From assembly GCF_001677475.2 (NCBI RefSeq), contig NZ_CP015229.1: 64,000 bases of DNA; one strand, written 5' to 3'. Below the pieces are notes generated by a model. The model was given only the letters and a program-made list of their open reading frames with translations. It was not told the DNA's origin and did no database searches. Positions 1-18,109 of this stretch are shown piece by piece. How positions within the stretch are numbered: the first letter of the stretch is position 1; the number at the start of each line of letters is the position of its first letter. Made by a program: the position numbers and the translations under genes. Origin of the DNA: Escherichia coli. Its GTDB lineage: Bacteria; Pseudomonadota; Gammaproteobacteria; Enterobacterales; Enterobacteriaceae.

Positions 1-476
1 TGATCATGGGCGGTTCCGCCGGTCGCGGCAACTGTACGCCAAACGCCGAGTTTAATATCGCTGCCGATCCAGAAGCGGCAGCCTGTGTCTTCCGTAGCGG
101 CATCGAAATCGTCATGTGCGGTCTGGATGTCACCAATCAGGCAATATTAACCCCTGACTATCTCGCTACTTTGCCGGAGTTGAATCGCACCGGAAAAATG
201 CTCCACGCCCTGTTTATCCACTACCGTAGCGGCAGTATGCAAAGCGGTCTGCGAATGCACGATCTCTGCGCCATCGCCTGGCTGGTGCGCCCGGAATTGT
301 TCACTCTCAAACCGTGTTTTGTCGCGGTAGAAACTCAGGGCGAATTTACCTCAGGCACGACGGTGGTTGATATCGACGGTTGCCTGGGCAAACCTGCAAA
401 CGTACAGGTAGCATTGGATCTTGATGTGAAAGGCTTCCAGCAGTGGGTGGCTGAGGTGCTGGCCCTGGCGTCGTAA
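1..476 (+). CDS. rihC: Ribonucleoside hydrolase RihC, C-terminal part (gene begins upstream of window)
   Basis: ORF 6..476 translation matches the C-terminal half of a nucleoside hydrolase; sits immediately upstream of dapB as in E. coli; reading frame is open to the window edge. Confidence 0.8.
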   Translation, partial: IMGGSAGRGNCTPNAEFNIAADPEAAACVFRSGIEIVMCGLDVTNQAILTPDYLATLPELNRTGKMLHALFIHYRSGSMQSGLRMHDLCAIAWLVRPELFTLKPCFVAVETQGEFTSGTTVVDIDGCLGKPANVQVALDLDVKGFQQWVAEVLALAS

Positions 477-627
477 CCTGTCACATGTTATCGGCATGCA
501 GTCATTCATTGACTCATGCCTTTCACTGATATCCCTCCCTGTTTATCATTAATTTCTAATTATCAGCGTTTTTGGCTGGCGGCGTAGCGATGCGCTGGTT
601 ACTCTGAAAACGGTCTATGCAAATTAA

Positions 628-1464
<837 letters not shown>

Positions 1465-1517
1465 CCACATCATGTTTATGATGATGCAAAAATAACACAT
1501 CTAATTTATTAATTATA

Positions 1518-1548
1518 AAGGGCTTTAATTTTTAGCCCTTTTATTTTT
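1518..1548 (+). terminator. Rho-independent terminator downstream of dapB
   Basis: Hairpin AAAGGGCT..AGCCCTTT followed by a T-run, read directly in sequence. Confidence 0.6.
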
Positions 1549-1870
1549 GGTGTTATGCTTTTAAATTTTATGCAAGCGCTAAAAATTATATGTTTCGTCT
1601 TCGATTTTTGTTGTTTTAATGTAAATTTTGACCATTTGGTCCACTTTTTCCTGCTCATTTTTATTTCATGCAATCTTCTTGCTGCGCAAGCGTTTTCCAG
1701 AAAAGGTTATATGATCTTTTTGTCGCTTAATGCCTGTAAAACATGCATGAGCCACAAAATAATATAAAAAATCCTGCCATTAAGTTGACTTTTAGCGCCC
1801 ATATCTCCAGAATGCCGCCGTTTGCCAGAAATTCGTCGGTAAGCAGATTTGCATTGATTTGCGTCATCAT

Positions 1871-1910
1871 TGTGAATTAATATGCAAATAAAGTGAGTGA
1901 ATATTCTCTG
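1871..1910 (+). promoter_or_regulatory. carAB promoter-proximal operator region with two ARG-box-like sites
   Basis: TGAATTAATATGCAAATA and GTGAGTGAATATTCTCT resemble ArgR box consensus TGAATwwwwATTCA and sit just upstream of the carA start. Confidence 0.5.
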
Positions 1911-1919
1911 GAGGGTGTT

Positions 1920-3068
1920 TTGATTAAGTCAGCGCTATTGGTTCTGGAAGACGGAACCCAGTTTCACGGTCGGGCCATAGGGGCAACAGGTTCGGCGGTT
2001 GGGGAAGTCGTTTTCAATACTTCAATGACCGGTTATCAAGAAATCCTCACTGATCCTTCCTATTCTCGTCAAATCGTTACTCTTACTTATCCCCATATTG
2101 GCAATGTCGGCACTAATGACGCCGATGAAGAATCTTCTCAGGTACATGCACAAGGTCTGGTGATTCGCGACCTGCCGCTGATTGCCAGCAACTTCCGTAA
2201 TACCGAAGACCTCTCTTCTTACCTGAAGCGCCATAACATCGTGGCGATTGCCGATATCGATACCCGTAAGCTGACGCGTTTACTGCGCGAGAAAGGCGCA
2301 CAGAATGGCTGCATTATCGCAGACGATAACCCGGATGCGGCGCTGGCGTTAGAAAAAGCCCGCGCGTTCCCAGGTCTGAACGGCATGGATCTGGCAAAAG
2401 AAGTGACCACCGCAGAAGCCTATAGCTGGACACAAGGGAGCTGGACGCTGACCGGCGGCCTGCCAGAAGCGAAAAAAGAAGACGAGCTGCCGTTCCATGT
2501 TGTGGCTTATGATTTTGGTGCCAAGCGCAACATCCTGCGGATGCTGGTGGACAGAGGCTGTCGTCTGACCATCGTTCCGGCGCAAACTTCTGCGGAAGAC
2601 GTGCTGAAAATGAATCCAGACGGCATCTTCCTCTCCAACGGCCCTGGCGATCCGGCACCGTGCGATTACGCCATTACCGCCATCCAGAAATTCCTCGAAA
2701 CCGACATCCCGGTATTTGGTATCTGCCTCGGTCATCAGCTGCTGGCGCTGGCAAGTGGGGCGAAGACCATCAAAATGAAATTTGGTCACCACGGCGGCAA
2801 CCATCCGGTGAAAGATATTGAGAAAAATGTGGTGATGATCACCGCGCAAAACCACGGTTTTGCGGTGGACGAAGCAACATTACCTGCAAACCTGCGTGTT
2901 ACGCATAAATCCCTGTTCGACGGTACGTTACAGGGCATTCATCGCACCGATAAACCGGCGTTCAGCTTCCAGGGGCACCCTGAAGCCAGCCCTGGTCCAC
3001 ACGACGCCGCGCCGTTGTTCGACCACTTTATCGAGTTAATTGAGCAGTACCGTAAAACCGCTAAGTAA
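1920..3068 (+). CDS. carA: Carbamoyl-phosphate synthase small subunit
   Basis: ORF 1893..3068; from the TTG at 1920 the product is 382 aa ([21 protein letters not shown]...), the length and non-ATG start I recall for CarA. Confidence 0.93.
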   Translation: MIKSALLVLEDGTQFHGRAIGATGSAVGEVVFNTSMTGYQEILTDPSYSRQIVTLTYPHIGNVGTNDADEESSQVHAQGLVIRDLPLIASNFRNTEDLSSYLKRHNIVAIADIDTRKLTRLLREKGAQNGCIIADDNPDAALALEKARAFPGLNGMDLAKEVTTAEAYSWTQGSWTLTGGLPEAKKEDELPFHVVAYDFGAKRNILRMLVDRGCRLTIVPAQTSAEDVLKMNPDGIFLSNGPGDPAPCDYAITAIQKFLETDIPVFGICLGHQLLALASGAKTIKMKFGHHGGNHPVKDIEKNVVMITAQNHGFAVDEATLPANLRVTHKSLFDGTLQGIHRTDKPAFSFQGHPEASPGPHDAAPLFDHFIELIEQYRKTAK

Positions 3069-3085
3069 TCAGGAGTAAAAGAGCC

Positions 3086-6307
<3,222 letters not shown>

Positions 6308-6360
6308 TAGCGTGTCATGGCGGATATTTTTCATCCGCTAATTTGATCGAATAACTTATA

Positions 6361-6388
6361 CGGTTCTCTGATGAGGACCGTTTTTTTT
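6361..6388 (+). terminator. Rho-independent terminator downstream of carB
   Basis: CGGTTCTC-TGATGA-GGACCG hairpin followed by TTTTTTTT. Confidence 0.65.
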
Positions 6389-6567
6389 GCCCATTAAGTA
6401 AATCTTTTAGGGAATCGATATTTTTGATGACATAAGCAGGATTTAGCTCACACTTATCGACGGTGAAGTTGCATACTATCGATATATCCACAATTTTAAT
6501 ATGGCCTTGTTTAATTGCTTCAAAACGAGTCATAGCCAGACTTTTAATTTGTGAAACTGGAGTTCGT

Positions 6568-6963
6568 ATGTGTGAAGGATATGTTGAAAAACCACTCTAC
6601 TTGTTAATCGCCGAATGGATGATGGCTGAAAATCGGTGGGTGATAGCAAGAGAGATCTCTATTCATTTCGATATTGAACACAGCAAGGCGGTTAATACCC
6701 TGACTTATATTCTGTCGGAAGTCACAGAAATAAGCTGCGAAGTTAAGATGATCCCTAATAAGCTGGAAGGGCGGGGATGCCAGTGTCAGCGACTGGTTAA
6801 AGTGGTCGATATCGATGAGCACATTTACGCGCGCCTGCGCAATAACAGTCGGGAAAAATTAGTCGGCGTAAGAAAGACGCCGCGTATTCCTGCCGTTCCG
6901 CTCACGGAACTTAACCGCGAGCAGAAGTGGCAGATGATGTTGTCAAAGAGTATGCGTCGTTAA
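6568..6963 (+). CDS. caiF: Carnitine operon transcriptional activator CaiF
   Basis: ORF 6463..6963; internal ATG at 6568 gives 131 aa starting MCEGYVEKPLYLLIAEWMMAENRW, matching CaiF. Confidence 0.88.
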   Translation: MCEGYVEKPLYLLIAEWMMAENRWVIAREISIHFDIEHSKAVNTLTYILSEVTEISCEVKMIPNKLEGRGCQCQRLVKVVDIDEHIYARLRNNSREKLVGVRKTPRIPAVPLTELNREQKWQMMLSKSMRR

Positions 6964-6992
6964 TGTCGTTTCGTTGATACCACGCAGCCTGG

Positions 6993-7080
6993 TCGCCGGA
7001 TGCGACGCTGGCGCATCTTATACGGCCTACGGTTCCTTTCCAGCCGGGTTGGATAAGGCGTTTATGCCGCATCCGGCAAG
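6993..7080. repeat. REP/BIME-type extragenic palindromic element
   Basis: GCCGGATGCG...CGCATCCGGC-type imperfect palindromes typical of enterobacterial REP, between convergent caiF and caiE. Confidence 0.7.
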
Positions 7081-7081
7081 A

Positions 7082-7672
7082 TCACCGTTTCGGCGTCACA
7101 TCCGTCGTCCCCTGCAAACGGGGGCGATTTTCCTCCATTTGCCTCAATGGCTGCGTTTCATGCAACGATGCATGACAGCGCCCGACAAGATCCTGATACT
7201 CTTTGGTATTCAACCGTTTCCAGTGTAACTCGTCGTCACTAACATTGCGTACAGCGCGGGCTGGCGTACCTATCAACAACTGGCGTTTCTCGCCACTAAA
7301 GCCTGCTTTGACAAAGCTCATGGCGGCAACAATGCTCTCTTCGCCAATGACCGCGCCATCCATAATCACGCTGTTCATCCCGACCAATGCATCGCGACCA
7401 ATCACACAACCATGCAGGATCGCTCCGTGCCCGATATGGCCGTTTTCCCCAACGATGGTGTCAGTGTCGCAGTAGCCATGCATAATGCAGCCATCCTGAA
7501 TATTGGCTCCCGCTTGCACGATCAACCGCCCGTAGTCACCACGCAGTGAGGCGAGTGGGCCGATGTAGACACCGGCTCCCACAATCACATCGCCAATCAA
7601 GACTGCACTGGGATGGACAAACGCCGTCGGGTGAACCACCGGAATTAACCCCTCAAAGGCGTAATAGCTCAC
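7082..7672 (-). CDS. caiE: Carnitine operon protein CaiE (hexapeptide-repeat acyltransferase family)
   Basis: ORF 7082..7693; product [28 protein letters not shown]...; start set at the in-frame GTG giving 196 aa; the upstream GTG at 7693 (203 aa) is an alternative. Confidence 0.85.
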   Translation of the reverse strand: MSYYAFEGLIPVVHPTAFVHPSAVLIGDVIVGAGVYIGPLASLRGDYGRLIVQAGANIQDGCIMHGYCDTDTIVGENGHIGHGAILHGCVIGRDALVGMNSVIMDGAVIGEESIVAAMSFVKAGFSGEKRQLLIGTPARAVRNVSDDELHWKRLNTKEYQDLVGRCHASLHETQPLRQMEENRPRLQGTTDVTPKR

Positions 7673-7677
7673 GGTTG

Positions 7678-8463
7678 TTAACGTCCTTTCCACACCGGAT
7701 CGCGCTTCTCGGCAAACGCCAGCGGCCCTTCAATGGCATCTTCCGAATGCAGAACCGACGGATAGTGTTTCAACACGCCGCTGCGAATATAGCGATACGC
7801 TTCTTCTACCGGCATTTCGCTGGTGGTGCGGTAGATCTCTTTCAGCGCCGCAATCGCCAGCGGAGCGCTGTTAACCAGCTGCTGCGCCAGTTCGCGGGCG
7901 TTATCCATCAGTTCCGCCTGGCTAACCACGCGGTTGACTATCCCCCAACGCAGCGCCTCTTCTGCGCCCATTCGTCTGCCGGTCATCACCATTTCATTGA
8001 CGATGGCAGGCGGCAGGATTTTCGGCAGACGCAGCACGCCGCCGCTGTCAGGAACGATGCCCAGTTTGGCTTCCGGCAGGGCGAAGCTGGCGTTATCGGC
8101 ACAGACAATAAAATCTGCCGCCAGTGCCAGTTCAAAGCCGCCGCCAAAGGCGTAGCCGTTCACAGCTGCGATAACTGGTTTGTCGAGATCGAAAATTTCG
8201 GTTAATCCCGCAAAACCACCCGGGCCAAAGTCAGCATCCGGTGCTTCGCCTTCTGCTGCCGCTTTTAAATCCCAGCCCGCGGAAAAGAATTTCTCTCCGG
8301 CACCGGTAATAATGGCGACACGTAATTGCGGATCGTCACGGAAATTTAGAAATACTTCGCCCATTTCAAAGCTGGTTTTTGCATCAATAGCATTCGCTTT
8401 TGGGCGATCAAGGGTAATTTCCAGAATTGATCCATTGCGGGTCAGATGTAATGATTCACTCAT
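7678..8463 (-). CDS. caiD: Crotonobetainyl-CoA hydratase (enoyl-CoA hydratase family)
   Basis: ORF 7678..8571; internal ATG gives 261 aa [27 protein letters not shown]; the longer 297-aa start is possible. Confidence 0.9.
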   Translation of the reverse strand: MSESLHLTRNGSILEITLDRPKANAIDAKTSFEMGEVFLNFRDDPQLRVAIITGAGEKFFSAGWDLKAAAEGEAPDADFGPGGFAGLTEIFDLDKPVIAAVNGYAFGGGFELALAADFIVCADNASFALPEAKLGIVPDSGGVLRLPKILPPAIVNEMVMTGRRMGAEEALRWGIVNRVVSQAELMDNARELAQQLVNSAPLAIAALKEIYRTTSEMPVEEAYRYIRSGVLKHYPSVLHSEDAIEGPLAFAEKRDPVWKGR

Positions 8464-8571
8464 TCCTTTTCTCCATTTTTGCTTTTTCAGGGACGACAAC
8501 ATCCCTGCAAAAAATGCATATTGTTTTAGAGCGTGATTATTAGCTGGCAGGGTAGTTCCCTGCCGTTTCAT

Positions 8572-10125
8572 TTATTTCAGATTCTTTCTAATTATTTTCC
8601 CCGAGCAATTACGTGGCAGATCTTTTCTGATCTCCAGATAAGAGGGCACTTTAAATTTCGCCATATTTTGTTCGCAGAAGCGGAAAAATTCCTCTTCGCT
8701 CAATGTTTCACCTTCATTCAGCACCACAAATGCTTTGATGGCTTCATCGCGAATCGAATCTTTAATACCCACAACCACGATGTCCTGAATTTTTGGATGG
8801 GTGGCGATGATATTTTCCAGCTCCACGCAGGAGACATTCTCGCCACCGCGTTTGATCATATTGCAGCGGCGATCGACGAAATAAAAAAAGCCCTCTTCGT
8901 CGAGGTATCCGGTATCGCCGGTATGTAGCCAGCCATCGGCTTCCAGTACTTTCGCAGTGGCTTTCGGGTTGAGAAAATACTCTTTGAAGATGGTTTTCCC
9001 TGGTACGCCTTTAATACAGATTTCACCGATCTCACCTGCCGGGAGCGGGCGATTGTGATCGTCGCGGATCTCCGCTTCGTAGCAAAACCCCGCCCGACCA
9101 ATCGACGGCCAGCGTCGTTTATCGCCAGGGCGATCGCCGATAATGCCCACAATGGTTTCCGTCATCCCATAAGACGTCAGCAAGTGAACGCTGAAGCGTT
9201 CACAAAACGCGTCTTTTTCCTGCTCCGACAGGTTGAGATAAAACATCACTTCCCGCAGGCAGTGTTGCCGATCGTTCGCTGAAGGCGGCTGCACCATCAA
9301 CGTACGAATCATCATCGGAATACATTCGGTAATGGTGGCACGGTACTTCTGCACCTGTCCCCAGAAGGCGCGGGCGCTGTATTTCTCGACCAGCACAAAG
9401 GTGGCCCTGGCAGAAAACGCCGCCATCGCCGCAGTACACTGGCAATCGATATGAAACGCAGGCATTACCGTCAGGTAGACGTCATCGTCACGCAGTGCAC
9501 ATTGCCAGGCGGAGTAATATCCAGCGAAGCGCAGGTTGTAATGGGTAATCACCACCCCTTTCGGTCGGGAGGTGGTGCCGGAGGTGAAGAGAATTTCCGC
9601 CGTATCGTCAGTCGATAGCGGCGGTGCATAGCACAAGGTGGCAGGTTGTTGATTTTTCAGTTGAGTAAACGAACTCACGCCATCATCAGCGGGAAGTGCC
9701 ACATCTGTCAGGCAAATGTGCCGCAACTGAGAGGCATCTTCCTGCTGAATCTGTTGATACATAGGATAAAATTGTGCACTGGTCACCAGCAGGCACGCCT
9801 GGCTATTTTGCAGGATCCACGTGCTTTCTTCGCGCAACAGGCGGGCGTTAATCGGCACCATAATCGCGCCAATTTTTGCCAACCCGAACCAGCAAAAGAT
9901 AAATTCCGGGCAGTTGTCGAGATGTAGAGCAACCTTGTCGCCTTTGCGAATCCCCAGCGTATAAAACAGGTTTGCCGTGCGGTTAATCTCCTGATTTAAC
10001 TCAAGATAACTATACCGGTTAACGACTCCGCTGCTGGATTCACAAATCAGCGCCGTTTTATGACCGTAAACGTCCGCCAGATCGTCCCACATTTGACGTA
10101 GATGTTGTCCGCCAATGATATCCAT
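8572..10125 (-). CDS. caiC: Crotonobetaine/carnitine-CoA ligase
   Basis: ORF 8572..10140; start at [21 protein letters not shown] gives 517 aa; AMP-binding motif [10 protein letters not shown] present. Confidence 0.92.
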   Translation of the reverse strand: MDIIGGQHLRQMWDDLADVYGHKTALICESSSGVVNRYSYLELNQEINRTANLFYTLGIRKGDKVALHLDNCPEFIFCWFGLAKIGAIMVPINARLLREESTWILQNSQACLLVTSAQFYPMYQQIQQEDASQLRHICLTDVALPADDGVSSFTQLKNQQPATLCYAPPLSTDDTAEILFTSGTTSRPKGVVITHYNLRFAGYYSAWQCALRDDDVYLTVMPAFHIDCQCTAAMAAFSARATFVLVEKYSARAFWGQVQKYRATITECIPMMIRTLMVQPPSANDRQHCLREVMFYLNLSEQEKDAFCERFSVHLLTSYGMTETIVGIIGDRPGDKRRWPSIGRAGFCYEAEIRDDHNRPLPAGEIGEICIKGVPGKTIFKEYFLNPKATAKVLEADGWLHTGDTGYLDEEGFFYFVDRRCNMIKRGGENVSCVELENIIATHPKIQDIVVVGIKDSIRDEAIKAFVVLNEGETLSEEEFFRFCEQNMAKFKVPSYLEIRKDLPRNCSGKIIRKNLK

Positions 10126-10198
10126 TGCACCTCTATCCATTTTTGTTCGTTTGTTATTGGGCGGGCGCTAGTCAGGCAAGCCGACTGACGCCACGCGT

Positions 10199-11434
<1,236 letters not shown>

Positions 11435-11446
11435 TTATGTAGCGCA

Positions 11447-11540
11447 TGACTGCCGGATGCGGCGTAAACGCTTTATCCGGCCTACATTCGTGCTCCCGTA
11501 GGCCTGATAAGACGCATTAGCGTCGCATCAGGCAGCGCAC
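11447..11540. repeat. REP/BIME-type extragenic palindromic element
   Basis: GCCGGATGCGGCGTAAACGC..TATCCGGCCTAC and GTAGGCCTGATAAGACGC..CGCATCAGGC palindromes in the caiB-caiA intergenic region. Confidence 0.75.
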
Positions 11541-11544
11541 GGAC

Positions 11545-12687
11545 TTAGCGGTATTGCTTCAGCACCGCGCGACCCAGCGTCAGGATCTGCATTTCGTCAG
11601 ATCCCCCGGAGACGCGGTCTACACGCAGGTCACGCCAGAAGCGGCTGATGCGGTGGTTGCCCGCAATCCCGACACCGCCCAGCACCTGCATTGCGCTATC
11701 CACAACTTCAAATGCCGCATTGGCGCAGAAGTATTTGCACATCGCTGCATCGCCAGAGGTGATGGTGCCGTTGTCTGCTTTCCACGCTGCTTCATACAGC
11801 ATGTTTTTCATGGAGTTTAATTTGATCGCCATGTGGGCGAATTTTTCCTGAATCAACTGGAAACGACCAATAGCCTCGCCAAACTGCACGCGCTGGTTGG
11901 CGTAGCGCGCCGCATCTTCAAAGGCGCACATCGCAGTACCGTAGTTGGTGAGGGCTACCAGGAAACGTTCATGGTCGAACTCTTCTTTGACGCGGTTAAA
12001 GCCGTTACCTTCCCGACCGAACATGTCTTTCTCGTCCAGTTCCACGTCGTCAAAGGTGATTTCACAGCAGCTATCCATACGCAGACCGAGCTTTTCAAGT
12101 TTGGTCACTTTGATGCCCGGTTTGCTCATATCAACAAACCATTCGGTGTAGACAGGTTTGTCCGGAGAAGCCCCGTCGCGCGCCATCACCACGATGTACG
12201 GGGTGTAGGCGCTGCTGGTAATAAAACACTTACTACCATTAAGATAAATCTTACCATTTCTACGGGTATAAGTCGTTTTCAGGCTACCCACGTCGGAGCC
12301 CGCGCCCGGTTCGGTAATCGCTGAGTTCCACATCTGCTTACCGGTGCCGCGGAAAGCCATAATCTTGTCGATCTGCTCTTGTGTGCCTTCGCGCAGGAAG
12401 GTGTTGAACCCGCCCGGCAACTGGTACAGCACATAGGTTGGTGCCCCCAGACGTCCCAGCTCCATCCACACGGCGGCGAGAGTAACAAAACCCGCGTCCA
12501 GACCACCGTGCTCTTCAGGAATCAGCAGACTGTCGATACCCATATCCGCCAGTGCTTTGACAAAACGTTCCGGGTAGACGCTGTCACGGTCGCACTCGGC
12601 AAAATAGGCCTCCCAGTTTTCGCTGGCCATCAGTTCGCGGATACCGGCGACAAACAGTTCCTGCTCATCATTTAAATTAAAATCCAT
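11545..12687 (-). CDS. caiA: Crotonobetainyl-CoA reductase (acyl-CoA dehydrogenase family)
   Basis: 380-aa [32 protein letters not shown]. Confidence 0.95.
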
Positions 12688-12717
12688 CTTTCAACCTCTT
12701 GATATTTTGGGGGTTAA

Positions 12718-14235
<1,518 letters not shown>

Positions 14236-14469
14236 TTAATTCCACTGTGAAAACGAATATTTATTTTGCGTTCCCGTTTGTTTTATTTTTGTTAACATTT
14301 AATATAATTATTATTAACCTCGTGGACGCGTTAATGGCTAACTCATAATGGGTATTCAATAAGCTGTATTCTGTGATTGGTGTCACATTTTTGTTTCGGG
14401 TGAATAGAGGATGTTTTTCCGTTAATTTTTGTTATTAATCAGTTTGTTATGCTCTTTTGTGAGTAAAAA

Positions 14470-14625
14470 AATAGCATCTGACTTTCAATATTGGTGATCT
14501 ATAAAACAATATTGAAAATTTCTTTTTGCTACGCCATTTTTTCAATATTGGTGAGGGACTTAACAATATTGAAAGTTGGATTTATCTGCGTGTGACATTT
14601 TCAATATTGGTGATTAAAGTTTTAT
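14470..14625. promoter_or_regulatory. Divergent caiT / fixA control region with repeated TTTCAATATTGGTGA and AACAATATTGAAA motifs
   Basis: Three direct copies of TTTCAATATTGGTGA (about 14483, 14540, 14598) and two of AACAATATTGAAA (about 14505, 14562) read in sequence; the location fits known CaiF/CRP-controlled divergent promoters. Confidence 0.6.
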
Positions 14626-14704
14626 TTCCAAATTAAAGGGCGTGATATCTGTAATTAACACCACCGATATGAACGACGTTTCCTTCATGATTTCTGGAGA
14701 TGCA

Positions 14705-15475
14705 ATGAAGATTATTACTTGCTATAAGTGCGTGCCTGATGAACAGGATATTGCGGTCAATAATGCTGATGGTTCATTAGACTTCAGCAAAGCCGATGCC
14801 AAAATAAGCCAATACGATCTCAACGCTATTGAAGCGGCTTGCCAGCTAAAGCAACAGGCAGCAGAGGCGCAGGTGACAGCCTTAAGTGTGGGCGGTAAAG
14901 CCCTGACCAACGCCAAAGGGCGTAAAGATGTGCTATCGCGCGGCCCGGATGAACTGATTGTGGTGATTGATGACCAGTTCGAGCAGGCACTGCCGCAACA
15001 AACGGCGAGCGCACTGGCTGCAGCCGCCCAGAAAGCAGGATTTGATCTGATCCTCTGTGGCGATGGTTCTTCCGACCTTTATGCCCAGCAGGTTGGTCTG
15101 CTGGTGGGCGAAATCCTCAATATTCCGGCAGTTAACGGCGTCAGCAAAATTATCTCCCTGACGGCAGATACCCTCACCGTTGAGCGCGAACTGGAAGATG
15201 AAACCGAAACCTTAAGCATTCCGCTGCCTGCGGTTGTTGCTGTTTCCACTGATATCAACTCCCCACAAATTCCTTCGATGAAAGCCATTCTCGGCGCGGC
15301 GAAAAAGCCCGTCCAGGTATGGTCGGCGGCGGATATCGGTTTTAACGCAGAGGCAGCCTGGTCAGAACAACAGGTTGCCGCGCCGAAACAGCGCGAGCGT
15401 CAGCGCATCGTGATTGAAGGCGACGGCGAAGAACAGATCGCCGCATTTGCTGAAAATCTTCGCAAAGTCATTTAA
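14705..15475 (+). CDS. fixA: Electron transfer flavoprotein beta-subunit homolog FixA
   Basis: ORF 14642..15475; internal ATG gives 256 aa [27 protein letters not shown]. Confidence 0.92.
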   Translation: MKIITCYKCVPDEQDIAVNNADGSLDFSKADAKISQYDLNAIEAACQLKQQAAEAQVTALSVGGKALTNAKGRKDVLSRGPDELIVVIDDQFEQALPQQTASALAAAAQKAGFDLILCGDGSSDLYAQQVGLLVGEILNIPAVNGVSKIISLTADTLTVERELEDETETLSIPLPAVVAVSTDINSPQIPSMKAILGAAKKPVQVWSAADIGFNAEAAWSEQQVAAPKQRERQRIVIEGDGEEQIAAFAENLRKVI

Positions 15476-15489
15476 TTACAGGGGATGCT

Positions 15490-16431
15490 ATGAACACGTT
15501 TTCTCAAGTCTGGGTATTCAGCGATACCCCTTCTCGTCTGCCGGAACTGATGAACGGTGCGCAGGCTTTAGCTAATCAAATCAACACCTTTGTCCTCAAT
15601 GATGCCGACGGCGCACAGGCAATCCAGCTCGGCGCTAATCATGTCTGGAAATTAAACGGCAAACCGGACGATCGGATGATCGAAGATTACGCCGGTGTCA
15701 TGGCTGACACTATTCGCCAGCACGGCGCAGACGGTCTGGTGCTGTTGCCAAACACCCGTCGCGGCAAATTACTGGCGGCAAAACTGGGTTATCGCCTTAA
15801 AGCGGCGGTGTCTAACGATGCTAGCACCGTCAGCGTACAGGACGGTAAAGCGACAGTGAAACACATGGTTTACGGTGGTCTGGCGATTGGCGAAGAACGC
15901 ATTGTCACGCCGTATGCGGTACTGACCATCAGCAGCGGCACGTTCGATGCGGCTCAGCCAGACGCGTCACGTACTGGCGAAACGCACACCGTGGAGTGGC
16001 AGGCTCCGGCTGTGGCGATTACCCGCACGGCAACCCAGGCGCGCCAGAGCAACAGCGTCGATCTCGACAAAGCCCGCCTGGTGGTCAGCGTCGGTCGCGG
16101 TATTGGCAGCAAAGAGAACATTGCGCTGGCAGAACAGCTTTGCAAGGCGATAGGTGCGGAGTTGGCCTGTTCTCGTCCGGTGGCAGAAAACGAAAAATGG
16201 ATGGAGCACGAACGCTATGTCGGTATCTCCAACCTGATGCTGAAACCTGAACTGTACCTGGCTGTGGGGATCTCCGGGCAGATCCAGCACATGGTTGGCG
16301 CTAACGCGTCGCAAACCATTTTCGCCATCAATAAAGATAAAAATGCGCCGATCTTCCAGTACGCGGATTACGGCATTGTTGGCGACGCCGTGAAGATCCT
16401 TCCGGCGCTGACCGCAGCTTTAGCGCGTTGA
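15490..16431 (+). CDS. fixB: Electron transfer flavoprotein alpha-subunit homolog FixB
   Basis: 313-aa [33 protein letters not shown]. Confidence 0.95.
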   Translation: MNTFSQVWVFSDTPSRLPELMNGAQALANQINTFVLNDADGAQAIQLGANHVWKLNGKPDDRMIEDYAGVMADTIRQHGADGLVLLPNTRRGKLLAAKLGYRLKAAVSNDASTVSVQDGKATVKHMVYGGLAIGEERIVTPYAVLTISSGTFDAAQPDASRTGETHTVEWQAPAVAITRTATQARQSNSVDLDKARLVVSVGRGIGSKENIALAEQLCKAIGAELACSRPVAENEKWMEHERYVGISNLMLKPELYLAVGISGQIQHMVGANASQTIFAINKDKNAPIFQYADYGIVGDAVKILPALTAALAR

Positions 16432-16481
16432 TCCACTCTGGCAGGGCTGCATTTCGGCCCTGCCGCTGACAGGGAGCTCTT

Positions 16482-17768
16482 ATGTCCGAAGATATCTTTG
16501 ACGCCATCATCGTCGGTGCAGGGCTTGCCGGTTCGGTTGCCGCACTGGTGCTCGCCCGCGAAGGGGCGCAAGTGTTAGTTATCGAGCGTGGCAATTCCGC
16601 AGGTGCCAAGAACGTCACCGGCGGGCGTCTCTATGCCCACAGTCTGGAACACATTATTCCAGGTTTCGCCGAATCTGCCCCCGTAGAACGCCTGATTACC
16701 CATGAAAAACTCGCGTTTATGACGGAAAAGTCAGCGATGACTATGGACTACTGCAACGGTGACGAAACCTCGCCATCCCAGCGTTCTTACTCTGTTTTGC
16801 GCAGTAAATTTGATGCCTGGTTAATGGAGCAGGCCGAAGAAGCGGGCGCGCAGTTAATTACCGGGATTCGTGTCGATAACCTCGTACAGCGCGATGGCAA
16901 AGTCGTCGGTGTAGAAGCCGATGGCGATGTGATTGAAGCGAAAACGGTGATCCTTGCTGATGGGGTGAACTCCATCCTTGCCGAAAAGTTGGGGATGGCA
17001 AAACGCGTCAAACCGACGGATGTGGCGGTTGGCGTGAAGGAACTGATCGAGTTACCGAAGTCGGTTATTGAAGACCGTTTTCAGTTGCAGGGTAATCAGG
17101 GGGCGGCTTGCCTATTTGCGGGTTCCCCCACCGATGGCCTGATGGGCGGCGGCTTCCTTTATACCAATGAAAATACCCTGTCGCTGGGGCTGGTTTGTGG
17201 TCTCCATCATCTGCATGACGCAAAAAAATCGGTGCCGCAAATGCTGGAAGATTTCAAACAACATCCGGCCGTTGCACCGCTGATCGCGGGCGGCAAGCTG
17301 GTGGAATATTCCGCTCACGTAGTGCCGGAAGCAGGCATCAACATGCTGCCGGAGTTGGTCGGTGACGGCGTACTGATTGCCGGTGATGCCGCCGGAATGT
17401 GTATGAACCTCGGTTTTACCATTCGCGGTATGGATCTGGCGATTGCCGCCGGGGAAGCCGCAGCAAAAACCGTGCTTTCAGCGATGAAAAGCGACGATTT
17501 CAGTAAGCAAAAACTGGCGGAATATCGTCAGCATCTTGAGAGTGGCCCGCTGCGCGATATGCGTATGTACCAGAAACTACCGGCGTTCCTTGATAACCCA
17601 CGCATGTTTAGCGGCTACCCGGAACTGGCGGTGGGCGTGGCGCGTGACCTGTTCACCATTGACGGCAGTGCGCCGGAACTGATGCGCAAGAAAATCCTCC
17701 GCCACGGCAAGAAAGTGGGCTTCATCAATCTGATCAAGGATGGCATGAAAGGAGTGACCGTTTTATGA
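16482..17768 (+). CDS. fixC: FAD-dependent oxidoreductase FixC
   Basis: 428-aa ORF MSEDIFDAIIVGAGLAGSVAALVLAREGAQVLVIERG with GxGxxG FAD fold. Confidence 0.95.
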   Translation: MSEDIFDAIIVGAGLAGSVAALVLAREGAQVLVIERGNSAGAKNVTGGRLYAHSLEHIIPGFAESAPVERLITHEKLAFMTEKSAMTMDYCNGDETSPSQRSYSVLRSKFDAWLMEQAEEAGAQLITGIRVDNLVQRDGKVVGVEADGDVIEAKTVILADGVNSILAEKLGMAKRVKPTDVAVGVKELIELPKSVIEDRFQLQGNQGAACLFAGSPTDGLMGGGFLYTNENTLSLGLVCGLHHLHDAKKSVPQMLEDFKQHPAVAPLIAGGKLVEYSAHVVPEAGINMLPELVGDGVLIAGDAAGMCMNLGFTIRGMDLAIAAGEAAAKTVLSAMKSDDFSKQKLAEYRQHLESGPLRDMRMYQKLPAFLDNPRMFSGYPELAVGVARDLFTIDGSAPELMRKKILRHGKKVGFINLIKDGMKGVTVL

Positions 17769-18052
17769 CTTCTCCCGTCAATGTGGACGTCAAACTGGGC
17801 GTCAATAAATTCAATGTCGATGAAGAGCATCCGCACATTGTTGTGAAGGCCGATGCCGATAAACAGGCGCTGGAGCTGCTGGTGAAAGCGTGCCCCGCAG
17901 GTCTGTACAAGAAGCAGGATGACGGCAGCGTGCGTTTCGATTACGCCGGATGTCTGGAGTGCGGCACCTGTCGCATTCTGGGGCTGGGGTCGGCGCTGGA
18001 ACAGTGGGAATACCCGCGCGGCACCTTTGGTGTGGAGTTCCGTTACGGCTGA
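17765..18052 (+). CDS. fixX: Ferredoxin-like protein FixX
   Basis: 95-aa ORF overlapping the fixC stop by 4 nt; cysteine cluster CLECGTC. Confidence 0.93.
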   Translation: MTSPVNVDVKLGVNKFNVDEEHPHIVVKADADKQALELLVKACPAGLYKKQDDGSVRFDYAGCLECGTCRILGLGSALEQWEYPRGTFGVEFRYG

Positions 18053-18109
18053 TGTTGGTTTGATACGTAACGCCGCACTGACTCTCATTGCAAAAAACAG
18101 GAATAACCC

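Noticed and set aside
1555-1767. 70-aa ORF in the dapB-carA intergenic region
   Set aside because: Falls in the AT-rich carAB promoter region; hydrophobic low-complexity translation with no recognisable family; probably non-coding regulatory DNA
6315-6533. 72-aa minus-strand ORF between carB and caiF
   Set aside because: Overlaps the carB terminator and the caiF promoter region; no support as a gene
6974-7228. 84-aa plus-strand ORF downstream of caiF
   Set aside because: Overlaps a REP palindromic element and the 3' end of caiE on the opposite strand; an artefact of REP sequence being open in this frame
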